A DNA stretch of 64,000 nt from an uncultured delta proteobacterium. Its GTDB lineage: Bacteria; Desulfobacterota; WTBG01; JAGOGO01. This document shows, piece by piece, positions 10,501-19,608 of the stretch. The DNA is taken from positions 5,127 through 69,126 of the forward strand of contig CAVSIB010000030.1 of assembly GCA_963727835.1 (NCBI GenBank), given 5' to 3'. Below the pieces are notes generated by a model, which was not told the origin of the DNA, searched no databases, and worked only from the letters and a program-made list of their open reading frames with translations. A program made the translations under genes and the position numbers. Position 1 is the first letter of the stretch, and every line of letters begins with the position of its first letter.

Positions 10501-10539
10501 ATTCTTTCCCGCACCACGTGATTTCTGCCAAGAAACTTT

Positions 10540-13317
10540 TTAGCCAGCCAAAACCTTTAAACAGCGTTCACAAATCGTGGGGTGGTGAGGATTTTTCCCC
10601 ACCGAATGATGATAATTCCAGCACCGTTCACATTTTTCACCATAGGCATTTCTTGCTTTTATTTCAAGCTCCTTATCCTCCTGAACCACGTCCGTTTCTT
10701 CCAAGGTAACTTGAGAGACAATGAACAGGGTGGGAAGAAAAATTTCATAATCATGAAGAAGATCAAACTGCTTACCCCGACCTGAAATAACAACTTCTGC
10801 TTCAAGCGAACTGCCGATCTCTCGTTTTCGCCGTGCGTCTTCTAAGATCTGGTTTACCTCTCCCCTAACAGTTAAAAGTTTTTCCCACCGGTCAGCCAAT
10901 TCTACATCAATATACTTAGGGTTAACCGAAGGAAAGCGAGAAAGATGCACGCTCTGCTCGTTTCCCCCTTTTATTGAGGGGAGGAAACCCCAAATCTCAT
11001 CAGTGGTAAAAGGGAGCACCGGCGCAAAAAGCTTGGTAAGCGCAAGAAGGATTTCATACAAAACAGTTTGAGCTGAACGCCGCAACCGGGAGTCAGGTTT
11101 TTCACAGTAGAGACGATCCTTAAGCACATCTAAATAAAACGCGCTCAAATCTACGACACAAAAATTATGGATCGTGTAGTAGACCTTATGAAATTCAAAT
11201 GACTCATAGGCATCAATAACTCTACTCAAGATGTGCTGTAATTTATGAAGCGCCCACCGGTCAATCTCCTCCAGTTCTTCATAGGCAACCCTGTCCCTAT
11301 CCGGATTAAATCCATCCAGGTTTCCCAATAAGAATCTGCAGGTGTTTCGAAACCTCCGGTATGCTTCAGATAAGCGTTGAGTTATTTCGGGAGAGATTCG
11401 TATATCTTCGCGATAATCTTCCGCTGCTACCCAGAGGCGAAGAACTTCCGCTCCAAATTTATTAATCACATCATTGGGGGGGATAACATTACCCAGGGTT
11501 TTGGACATCTTTTTCCCCGCTCCGTCAACCACAAATCCATGGGTAAGTACCGTCCTGTAAGGCGCCTTAGAGCGGGTCATTACTCCCGTTAAAAGCGCGC
11601 TCTGAAACCATCCACGATGCTGGTCGCTTCCTTCTAAGTAAAGGTCAACGGGGATCTCAATCCCCTCCCGTCCTTCCATAACCGCTGCCCAGCTAACCCC
11701 AGAATCAAACCATACATCCAAAATATCCATCTCTTTTTCAAAAACGCTGTGGCCACATTGTGGACAAGTTGTCCCCGAAGGCATCAATTCTTCAGCGCTC
11801 CGAGAAAACCATGCATCCGCTCCTTCTTGAGCAAAACGGTCTGCAACCTTATCAATAATATTTTTTTTAGCTAAAGGGTGGCGACAGGAGGTACAATAAA
11901 AAATAGCAATCGGGATTCCCCAATATCTTTGGCGGGAGATACACCAATCCGGACGATTCTCAACCATATTGTAAATACGTTCCTCTCCCCAGTAGGGAAT
12001 CCATGTTATTTTTTTTATCTCATCCAGCGCTCGATCGCGGAACCCGTTTTTATCCATGGAAACGAACCACTGTTCCGTGGCTCTAAAAATAATGGGTTCT
12101 TTACATCTCCAGCAATGAGGATAAGAATGAACAATTTCTTCTTCCTTAAGGAGCATACCGGTTTCCTTCAGTTTTTGAACCACGGCTTTATTAGCTCTAA
12201 AAACATTCTGACCGTTAAAAAACTCCACGTCCTCGGTAAACTTCCCTTCGTTATCAACCGGAGAGTAAATGTCTAAACCATACTTTAGGCCAACATCATA
12301 GTCTTCTTGTCCATGTCCTGGAGCAGTATGGACGCAGCCAGTGCCGGCATCCAAAGTAACGTGGTGACCCAAGACCAAAACCGAATCCCGTTCAATAAAA
12401 GGATGGCGGCACCTCAGGTTTTCGAGCGTGGTTCCGGAAAAGGTAGTAAGGACCTCATAAGCGTTAACGCCTAAGGTTTCCATAGTGCGTTTCAATAACC
12501 CCTCCGCCATAATAAAAACCTCATCCTTTGTCTTCACTGCCACATAGGCAAGGTCAGGGTGTAAACAAATGGCTATGTTTCCCGGTATGGTCCAAGGAGT
12601 CGTGGTCCAAATAATAACGGAAATATTTTTTTCTTTTTTTAATACGGGCAAAACTTCACTGATATCTGAACCCAGAGAAAACTTCACGTAAATAGCGGGG
12701 GACGTGTGGTCTTTATATTCGACCTCAGCTTCAGCAAGAGCAGTTTTACAGGTAACACACCATTGAATCGGCTTTTTCCGACGGTAGATGCTGTCCCTTT
12801 CAACAAATTTCCCAAACTCACGCACAATGGTTGCCTGGTAGTCAAAAGACATGGTTAAATAGGGATTTTCCCAATCCCCAAAAACACCTAAACGTTTGAA
12901 CTCCTCGCGCTGGATCTGAACAAATTTTTCCGCATATTCCCGGCAACGTTTGCGAATTTCTAAAGGAGAAAGCCCTTTCTTTTTCGCGCCCAGGGTTTTA
13001 TCCACTTCATGTTCAATCGGTAATCCATGACAATCCCAACCCGGAATGTAATTAACCTGGTAACCAGCCATGAATTTAGCTTTTATAATGATATCCTTTA
13101 TAATTTTATTTAAGGCATGCCCCATATGGATATGGCCGTTCGCATAAGGTGGCCCATCATGGAGGATATATTTGCCCTGCTCACCTCGTGTTTGTTCAAT
13201 AAGTTTATAAATACCCATCCTTTCCCATATTGCTAAAATTTCCGGCTCCTTTTGGGAAAGATTGGCTTTTTGGGGAAAGCCTGTTTTGGGAAGTTGGATA
13301 GTAGCCTTATAGTCCAT
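10540..13317 (-). CDS. ileS: Isoleucyl-tRNA synthetase
   Basis: A 925-aa ORF with PYANGHIHMGHALN (HIGH), KMSKTLGN (KMSKS) and a C-terminal CERCW...CERC zinc finger. Confidence 0.97.
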   Translation of the reverse strand: MDYKATIQLPKTGFPQKANLSQKEPEILAIWERMGIYKLIEQTRGEQGKYILHDGPPYANGHIHMGHALNKIIKDIIIKAKFMAGYQVNYIPGWDCHGLPIEHEVDKTLGAKKKGLSPLEIRKRCREYAEKFVQIQREEFKRLGVFGDWENPYLTMSFDYQATIVREFGKFVERDSIYRRKKPIQWCVTCKTALAEAEVEYKDHTSPAIYVKFSLGSDISEVLPVLKKEKNISVIIWTTTPWTIPGNIAICLHPDLAYVAVKTKDEVFIMAEGLLKRTMETLGVNAYEVLTTFSGTTLENLRCRHPFIERDSVLVLGHHVTLDAGTGCVHTAPGHGQEDYDVGLKYGLDIYSPVDNEGKFTEDVEFFNGQNVFRANKAVVQKLKETGMLLKEEEIVHSYPHCWRCKEPIIFRATEQWFVSMDKNGFRDRALDEIKKITWIPYWGEERIYNMVENRPDWCISRQRYWGIPIAIFYCTSCRHPLAKKNIIDKVADRFAQEGADAWFSRSAEELMPSGTTCPQCGHSVFEKEMDILDVWFDSGVSWAAVMEGREGIEIPVDLYLEGSDQHRGWFQSALLTGVMTRSKAPYRTVLTHGFVVDGAGKKMSKTLGNVIPPNDVINKFGAEVLRLWVAAEDYREDIRISPEITQRLSEAYRRFRNTCRFLLGNLDGFNPDRDRVAYEELEEIDRWALHKLQHILSRVIDAYESFEFHKVYYTIHNFCVVDLSAFYLDVLKDRLYCEKPDSRLRRSAQTVLYEILLALTKLFAPVLPFTTDEIWGFLPSIKGGNEQSVHLSRFPSVNPKYIDVELADRWEKLLTVRGEVNQILEDARRKREIGSSLEAEVVISGRGKQFDLLHDYEIFLPTLFIVSQVTLEETDVVQEDKELEIKARNAYGEKCERCWNYHHSVGKNPHHPTICERCLKVLAG

Positions 13318-13432
13318 AAGCTTAAATATTAACTAATTAAGAACTCTTTTATTATTAAGATATTAAAAAAAATTTAGATTTAGAAGGTTAACACAGAAGG
13401 GCTTATTGTCAAGAAAAATTCCTTCGGCAGGC

Positions 13433-13460
13433 TTGACAAAAAAAAAATCGTTTTTATTTT
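13433..13460 (+). promoter_or_regulatory. Sigma70-like promoter for hsp20
   Basis: TTGACA (13433-13438), a 16-nt spacer, then TATTTT (13455-13460). An AAGGAGG RBS follows at about 13493-13499. Confidence 0.4.
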
Positions 13461-13508
13461 TTTCAAAAGAAAAATAAAAACCTTACACAAAAAAGGAGGT
13501 GAACAATT

Positions 13509-13976
13509 ATGGCACTGATTCCTTGGAGAAGTTTAAGAGAGTTGGATCCCCTTGAGGAGTGGGGTGGTGTTCAGGACCGACTTAACCGTCTCTTTGAGGA
13601 AACTTTCGGACGGTATCCCGTAGGGCAAAGAGAAACGTTAGAAAGGACCTGGGCTCCTGTCGTAGATATCTATGAAGAAAAAGATAGTATTATCGTGAAA
13701 GCGGAACTCCCGGGCATTAAAAAGGACGAGGTGTCCATTGAGATTAAAGATAATGTGCTGACACTCTCGGGAGAACGAAAACACGAGCAGGAGACAAAAA
13801 AAGAAAATTATCATAGAATTGAGCGGTTCTATGGAAAATTCAGCCGTTCCTTTTCCTTACCAGAAACAGCTCAGGTTGAAAAAGTAAAAGCAAATTATAA
13901 AGACGGCGTCCTGGAAATCACCTTGCCCAAGGCTGAGGCAACAAAGCCCACAACAATTCCCATAAAAATTGAATAA
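13509..13976 (+). CDS. Small heat-shock protein (Hsp20/alpha-crystallin family)
   Basis: A 155-aa ORF with an alpha-crystallin domain: VDIYEEKDSIIVKAELPGIKKDEVSIEIKDNVLTLSGERK...GVLEITLPK. Confidence 0.92.
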   Translation: MALIPWRSLRELDPLEEWGGVQDRLNRLFEETFGRYPVGQRETLERTWAPVVDIYEEKDSIIVKAELPGIKKDEVSIEIKDNVLTLSGERKHEQETKKENYHRIERFYGKFSRSFSLPETAQVEKVKANYKDGVLEITLPKAEATKPTTIPIKIE

Positions 13977-13984
13977 CCTGTCAA

Positions 13985-14024
13985 AACAAGGGGAGAGATC
14001 CGAGTCTCCCCTTGTTTTCTCTTT
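13985..14024 (+). terminator. Rho-independent terminator after hsp20
   Basis: An 11-bp perfect stem, aacaaggggag (13985-13995) with ctccccttgtt (14006-14016), followed by a T-rich tail. Confidence 0.8.
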
Positions 14025-14335
14025 CAAAAAACAAAATAATCTTTTTCTTTTCTCATAAAATTTAGCTTTTCACAATCAACATCATTTCTCGTAAGAGCAT
14101 CAGAGCACCCGGGATTTTAATTTTTTTCTCATCACAAAAAAGTCTTAGATATCCCTCCCCACTATCCGCGTCCCGACCAACTTTTTCCCGATTGATACCT
14201 TTGCCATTTTTTTCTCCACAACATCCTTGCTTCATCTCTGGTCGAGAAACGCATTCAGCAGGGATTTATTGGACAGCGAGGATGGTTATGTGGTATCAAG
14301 TAAATCAAATTGAACATAAAAAAATCGAGGATACC

Positions 14336-15421
14336 ATGGAAGTATATCCGGTAATAATGGCAGGAGGGTCAGGAACCAGGTTTTGGCCGGCAAGCCGGGC
14401 TCATTACCCGAAGCAGTTTCTGAGAATCATCGGTTCCAACACCATGGTGGAAGAAACCCTCAAAAGGGTAAAACCGCTCGCAGCAGAAGAGCATACAATT
14501 ATTGTCAGCAATAAAGAACACCACCAACTCCTGCATACCCTTCTGGGAGAAAATCGCTACGTCATCCTGGAAGAGCCACTTGGCCGGAGCACTGCTCCCT
14601 GCATCGGGCTTGCGGCGCTTTATTTAAAAAAACAAGGCATCCTTGACAAACCGATGGCAGTCCTGCCCGCAGATCACTTTATTGCTGAAGAAGAAACCTT
14701 CCGAAAAATTCTATCGATTGGCTGTAAGTTAGCCCGGAAGGGTGACATTATTACTCTTGGTATCGTACCAACTCGGCCTGAGACTGGCTATGGGTATCTG
14801 GAGCGCGGTGAAGTAAAAAAGGAAATAGAAGGAGTTACTGTCTATGCCGTCAAGCGGTTTGTCGAGAAGCCTGATCAAAAAACCGCTTTAGAATATTTGA
14901 ATTCCGGGGGATATTTTTGGAACGGCGGAATCTTTATTTTTACACCGAAAACAATTCTCGAAGAAATAAAACAGCATCTTCCTTCTGTATATGCAGGACT
15001 GCAAAAAATTGAGGGAGCAATGGGCACAAGGAGGTATCACGAAGTTTTATTTTCGGTTTATCAAAACCTGCCTTCGCTTTCCATTGATTACGGCGTGATG
15101 GAAAAAACGAAACGCCCCGTGCTCACCCTCCCGGGAGATTTTGGATGGAGCGACGTGGGAAGTTGGGAATCGGTTTATGATTTAAGAAAAGAGGAAAGAG
15201 ATAAAGAGAAAAATTTAACCCAAGGGGATGTCATCCTTATCAATACCCAATCCTCCTTTGTATTCAGCCAATCAAACAAGATGGTTGTGGGATTAGGTAT
15301 AAAAGATTTACTGATCGTTGCTACACAGGATGTTGTTTTAGTCGGGGACTTAAAAACATCTCAGGACATAAAAAAAATCATCGAAGAGCTGAAGGAACGA
15401 GGGTTACATCACATCCTCTAA
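14336..15421 (+). CDS. manC: Mannose-1-phosphate guanylyltransferase
   Basis: MEVYPVIMAGGSGTRFWPASR... ATG at 14336 is preceded by GAGGA. The ORF-track start at 14192 adds an unrelated 48-aa extension. Confidence 0.88.
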   Translation: MEVYPVIMAGGSGTRFWPASRAHYPKQFLRIIGSNTMVEETLKRVKPLAAEEHTIIVSNKEHHQLLHTLLGENRYVILEEPLGRSTAPCIGLAALYLKKQGILDKPMAVLPADHFIAEEETFRKILSIGCKLARKGDIITLGIVPTRPETGYGYLERGEVKKEIEGVTVYAVKRFVEKPDQKTALEYLNSGGYFWNGGIFIFTPKTILEEIKQHLPSVYAGLQKIEGAMGTRRYHEVLFSVYQNLPSLSIDYGVMEKTKRPVLTLPGDFGWSDVGSWESVYDLRKEERDKEKNLTQGDVILINTQSSFVFSQSNKMVVGLGIKDLLIVATQDVVLVGDLKTSQDIKKIIEELKERGLHHIL

Positions 15422-15439
15422 AACACTGAGGGAAAGTTT

Positions 15440-16810
15440 ATGGTCAATCCGTATATTTTTCGAGAATATGATATTCGTGGGGTGGCTGAACAAGATTTTC
15501 CTGATGAAATCACTTACACCCTCGGCAAAACGTTTGGAACCAATTTTCGTAGAAACAATATACAAAGAGTAGTCGTCGGGAGAGACTGCCGACTGAGTTC
15601 TCCCCGGCTGCACCAAGCGCTTTCAGAAGGCCTTCTTGACACCGGTTGTCATGTGCTTGACCTCAGAATTATCCCCACCCCGTTTCTCTATTTTGCTCTT
15701 TTTAATTTAGAGGTTGGCGGAGGAGTTATGATCACCGGAAGCCATAACCCTCCTGATAATAATGGGTTCAAAGTTTGTGTAGGTAAAGGCACTATTTTTG
15801 GAGAAGAAATTCAGAACTTACGAAAGCTGTTTGAAAAGGGCGATTTTGAATCCGGAAAAGGAACATTAGAATCACAGGACATCCGTGCACGGTATTTAAA
15901 AACAGTGAGTGCTTTTCTTGAAATGGGAAAACAAAAACGGAAGGTGATAATTGATTCCGGGAACGGAACTGCCGGGATAGCAGCCGGACCGCTTTACCGG
16001 AGCTTAGGAGTCGAGGTAAGTGAACTCTTTAGCGAGATGGATGGAACTTTTCCTAACCACCACCCGGACCCCACTATTCCGGCAAATCTAACGTCTTTAA
16101 TTGCTAACGTAAAAGAGCAGAAAGCAGATCTGGGGATCAGTTTTGATGGAGATGCTGATCGCATCGGAGTGATTGACGAACAAGGCAAAATCATCTGGGG
16201 TGACCAATTAATGATCCTTTTTTCCCGCGCAATCCTCGCTGAACTTCCGGGAGCAACTTTCGTTGCTGAGGTAAAATGCTCTCAGACTTTGTTTGATGAT
16301 ATCAAGAAACATGGGGGGAAGGCCATCATGTGGAAAGCAGGTCATTCGCTTATGAAAGCAAAACTTAAAGAAGAAAAAGCCCAACTGGCAGGAGAAATGA
16401 GCGGCCATATCTTTTTTGCGCATCGGTATTACGGATATGATGATGCTCTTTACGCGGGAGCGCGGCTTTTAGAAATCCTTTCGAAAACGGAAAAAAAATT
16501 ATCCGAGCTTCTCGCGGATGTCCCCATGACAATCGTCACCCCAGAGATCCGGACTGAATGCAGTGATGAGATAAAGTTTTTGGTGATACAAAAATTAGTA
16601 GAAAAATTTAAAAGAGACTATCCCGTCATTGATATCGATGGGGCGAGAATTCTATTTGACTCTGGATGGGGCTTAGTGAGAGCATCCAATACCCAACCAG
16701 TGCTTGTGCTTCGGTTTGAAGCTACGGATGAAAGGAATTTGGAGAAGATTAAAACGATCGTTGAAAAAAGGGTGGCTGAGAGTATAAAGGAAGTAAAAGA
16801 AAAAGGATAA
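15440..16810 (+). CDS. manB: Phosphomannomutase/phosphoglucomutase
   Basis: TGSHNPPDNNGFK phosphoserine loop, FDGDADR Mg loop, 456 aa. Confidence 0.9.
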   Translation: MVNPYIFREYDIRGVAEQDFPDEITYTLGKTFGTNFRRNNIQRVVVGRDCRLSSPRLHQALSEGLLDTGCHVLDLRIIPTPFLYFALFNLEVGGGVMITGSHNPPDNNGFKVCVGKGTIFGEEIQNLRKLFEKGDFESGKGTLESQDIRARYLKTVSAFLEMGKQKRKVIIDSGNGTAGIAAGPLYRSLGVEVSELFSEMDGTFPNHHPDPTIPANLTSLIANVKEQKADLGISFDGDADRIGVIDEQGKIIWGDQLMILFSRAILAELPGATFVAEVKCSQTLFDDIKKHGGKAIMWKAGHSLMKAKLKEEKAQLAGEMSGHIFFAHRYYGYDDALYAGARLLEILSKTEKKLSELLADVPMTIVTPEIRTECSDEIKFLVIQKLVEKFKRDYPVIDIDGARILFDSGWGLVRASNTQPVLVLRFEATDERNLEKIKTIVEKRVAESIKEVKEKG

Positions 16811-16884
16811 CGGACTAATAACGAAACTAAAACGTAATACCTTAGCACACTGATGCCTTCAATTCTTCAAAAGGAGGTTTTCTC

Positions 16885-17614
16885 ATGAGCGGCCAAAAAA
16901 TTAATAAAGGGGTAGCCATAACGTTTCTTGGCCATGCCTGCTTTAAACTGATATCACCTCAGGGAACCACTATCCTGATAGATCCTTGGATAAAAGACAA
17001 TCCACAGGCTCCCAAGGGAGCAGAGAATGTAGGCAAACTACATTACATTCTGGTTTCGCATGGACACTGATGATCATCTTGGGGATACGATCGAATTAGC
17101 CAAAAAAACTGGCGCTCCTGTTATCGCCATGCCTGAAATTGCTCACTATCTCATTCAGAAAGGTTTGAATCCTGAAAAAGTCGTGGGGATGAATAAAGGG
17201 GGATCATTGACCGCTGCGGATATCCGCATCACCATGGTGCACGCTCTCCACAGCTCTTCCATGGTTGAAGGAAACCACATTATTTATGGAGGAGAAGCAG
17301 CGGGTTTTATCATTCGGTTTGATAATGGTTTTACAGTTTATTTTGCGGGTGACACGGGGGTTTTTGGGGACATGCAAATTATACGTGAGCTTTATAAGCC
17401 TGAACTCGCCTTGCTCCCTATTGGGAGTCATTATGTGATGGGACCAGAAGAGGCGGTTTACGCTTGTGGGCTTTTAAAACCTCAGTATGTGATCCCCATG
17501 CACTATGGAACCTTTCCGGTTCTTTCAGGAACTCCGGAAAATTTTTTAGAATTGATGAAAAAATTTCCCGAGGTAAAGGTTCTGGTTATGACTCCTGGCG
17601 AGACCATTGATTAA
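16885..17614 (+). pseudogene. MBL-fold metal-dependent hydrolase (UPF0173-like) broken inside its HxHxDH motif
   Basis: ORF 16885..17070 ends ...ILVSHGH*. ORF 17060..17614 continues (M)DTDDHLGD. Removing t at about 17068 restores SHGHDDHLGD. Confidence 0.8.
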
Positions 17615-17636
17615 AGATGCGACATTTAGCCCTTTA

Positions 17637-18082
17637 TTACGCGCTCAATCTTTTTTTGTCTTCAGGAGAAAGGTTTAAGAACTTGACTCCCATGCCAGAA
17701 GGAAATTTCCCCGATGGGGTGCTAATTTCTTTCTTGCGAATCCAAACAACCTCACAATTAAGTTCCAGATCTTTTTCTCCGTTTGTAAGGTTAATTTTTA
17801 CATACAACCGGGCCCCCAAATCCATGGGGTGATCAGTGGAATAAACACTCCATCCACACCGATATTACCAAGGTAGCTGTGAATCAAGGTATTACCCGAA
17901 TTATATACAATCTTAAACTTTTTTGGGATTCGATCGACTCCTCGTCGGTCTTCGTCTGAATCAAAGAGCGCTTGGTTAACAACTGACCTTAAAATTCTAA
18001 TCGTCTGGGAACAAAATTTGTTCCACAATAGGGGCATTGCCCTGCATCATGAGGTATTAATTTGGTGCAATAGGGACATCTA
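17637..18082 (-). pseudogene. 3' part of a zinc-ribbon/PilZ-domain gene, cut by IS630 and carrying two further frameshifts
   Basis: The minus strand from 18081 reads RCPYCTKLIPHDAGQCPYCGTNF. A second frame (18037..17798) carries RRGVDRIPKKF...GNIGVDGVFI, and a third (17825..17637) carries ...GMGVKFLNLSPEDKKRL. These are the PilZ RxxxR and D/NxSxxG-type halves. Confidence 0.7.
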
Positions 18083-19198
18083 GTGTAGTGAGTCTAACAC
18101 TTCTTTACATTTGGCATATTTTTCCAAAATCCGTTCGACCGGTGCGCTCCATACAAAAACTCGTGGGTTTTGATTGTGATTGTCCAGATAATCTTTGCTA
18201 GCAGCAATCAATGCCGGCACGTTCTGGAAGGTCCCGCGCCGGATACCTTTGTCGGTAATCTCTCGAAACCATCGTTCGACCATATTCAACCACGAGCTTG
18301 AAGTCGGAATAAAATGCACATGAAAACGAGGATGCCTTTGAAGCCAGAATTTTACCCGGGGATGTTTGTGGGTGCCATAATTGTCCACGATCAGATGCAG
18401 ATCCAAACCGGCAGGAGATTCCCCATCTATTTTTTTGAGAAAACGGATAAATTCTTGATGTCGATGACGCGGCATGCAGTCCCCAATCACTGTGCCGTCG
18501 AGCATACTGAGAGCTGCAAACAAGGTGGTCGTCCCATTGCGCTTGTAGTCGTGTGTCATGGTTCCACAGCGGCCTTTTTTTATCGGAAGTCCCGGTTGGG
18601 TGCGGTCGAGAGCTTGGATTTGGCTCTTTTCATCCACACACAAAACCAAAGCTTTATCTGGAGGGTTCAGATAAAGACCCACGACGTCCTGCAGCTTTTC
18701 AACAAAATGCTTGTCACGGCTAATTTTGAAGGTCTTGACCAGATGGGGTTTGAGGTTATGGTCTTGCCAGATACGATAAACCATGGTTTGGCTGAGACCG
18801 TGGGCTTTCGCCATGCTTCGTGTGCTCCAATGTGTCGCGTTAGGAGCCGGACTGTGCAAGGTGTCCTCCACTACCGCCCGGATTTTTCTCGCCGACACTT
18901 TCGGCTTACGGCCCGGACGAGGAGCGTCCTTTTCCAGCCCTCTAAGACGCAGCGCCAAAAAACGCTCTCGCCAAAGCTGAACCGTCGGCCTCGATACACT
19001 CAAGGCATTAGCGATATCTTGATTCAAAACCCCATCGGCTGCCATGGCGATAATCCTGGCCCGAATCACTTTTCGATACGGAAGATTTCGACCACGCCCC
19101 CATGCATCCAGCGTGGCTCGTTCCTCTGGAACCAATACAATGGGAGTTGTTGTTCTGCTCATGCTTAATATTTTATGAAGAATCACTGTATTTGTCAA
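18080..19198 (-). CDS. IS630-family (Tc1/mariner-like DDE) transposase
   Basis: A 372-aa ORF with an N-terminal HTH (NQDIANALSVSRPTVQLWRERF), then a DDE_3-type region (LCVDEKSQIQAL...IVDNYGTHKH...FIPTSSSWLNMVERWF). An alternative ATG lies at 19165. Confidence 0.9.
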   Translation of the reverse strand: MTNTVILHKILSMSRTTTPIVLVPEERATLDAWGRGRNLPYRKVIRARIIAMAADGVLNQDIANALSVSRPTVQLWRERFLALRLRGLEKDAPRPGRKPKVSARKIRAVVEDTLHSPAPNATHWSTRSMAKAHGLSQTMVYRIWQDHNLKPHLVKTFKISRDKHFVEKLQDVVGLYLNPPDKALVLCVDEKSQIQALDRTQPGLPIKKGRCGTMTHDYKRNGTTTLFAALSMLDGTVIGDCMPRHRHQEFIRFLKKIDGESPAGLDLHLIVDNYGTHKHPRVKFWLQRHPRFHVHFIPTSSSWLNMVERWFREITDKGIRRGTFQNVPALIAASKDYLDNHNQNPRVFVWSAPVERILEKYAKCKEVLDSLH

Positions 19199-19221
19199 GC
19201 TATTTTTAAATCACTACACTA
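18081..19221 (-). mobile_element. IS630-family insertion sequence with terminal inverted repeats and a TA target duplication
   Basis: CTAGTGTAGTGA (18080-18091) is the exact reverse complement of TCACTACACTAG (19211-19222). TA occurs at both junctions. It holds a single transposase ORF in about 1.14 kb. Confidence 0.88.
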
Positions 19222-19256
19222 GCAACTGGTTTGCTGTTTTTTTCTTTATCTCCCAT
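19221..19256 (-). pseudogene. 5' end (12 codons, MGDKEKNSKPVA) of the zinc-ribbon/PilZ gene, separated from the rest by the IS630 element
   Basis: ATG at 19256 is preceded by AAGAGGA. Joining it across the IS (one TA removed) gives in-frame MGDKEKNSKPVARCPYC... Confidence 0.65.
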
Positions 19257-19608
19257 TTTTATTTATCCTCTTTCTTTGTTTCCCCTAATTATATAATTAT
19301 TTAAATTAGTTTAATCAAAAATAATTTTACACTTTTTCTAACCTCATTCAAGCATGAACTTTATCGGGGTTTCTCCTGAGTTTTATTGGAAATCTTTACA
19401 ACATGTTAAAACTAATCAGTCTTTTTGGGCAGGGATCATCCTTCGCCCCAATCCTGCATTCGGAGTAAGCTTTCTCTACAGCAAGTACCTCCTAGACTAT
19501 AAAAGTAAGGGGAATTTGTTATTAAAATACGGGGAATTTCTTATTGCTTTATTCTACCGGATTGAGTATAATGAAGGCAACAATGACCTTATTGTGAAGG
19601 AGAATTTA

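Noticed and set aside
10582-12276. Antisense and overlapping ORFs inside ileS; similar ones occur inside fabF, fabD, nfnAB, the histidine kinase, the TonB-dependent receptor, the transposase and other genes
   Set aside because: They lie entirely within well-supported genes, have no recognisable family features or ribosome-binding sites, and are typical shadow ORFs.
13318-13430. T-box or other leader upstream of ileS
   Set aside because: The roughly 100-nt space shows no specifier, T-box or terminator-antiterminator arrangement that I could recognise.
14192-14335. N-terminal over-extensions of ORF-track entries, here manC; likewise 19354-19608 for the B12 radical SAM gene, 9247-9351 for the YacP-like gene, 57861-57893 for the SPASM enzyme and 63673-63783 for the methyltransferase
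   Set aside because: In each case an internal start preceded by a Shine-Dalgarno site coincides with the conserved family N-terminus. The extension is unrelated sequence or overlaps the neighbouring gene.
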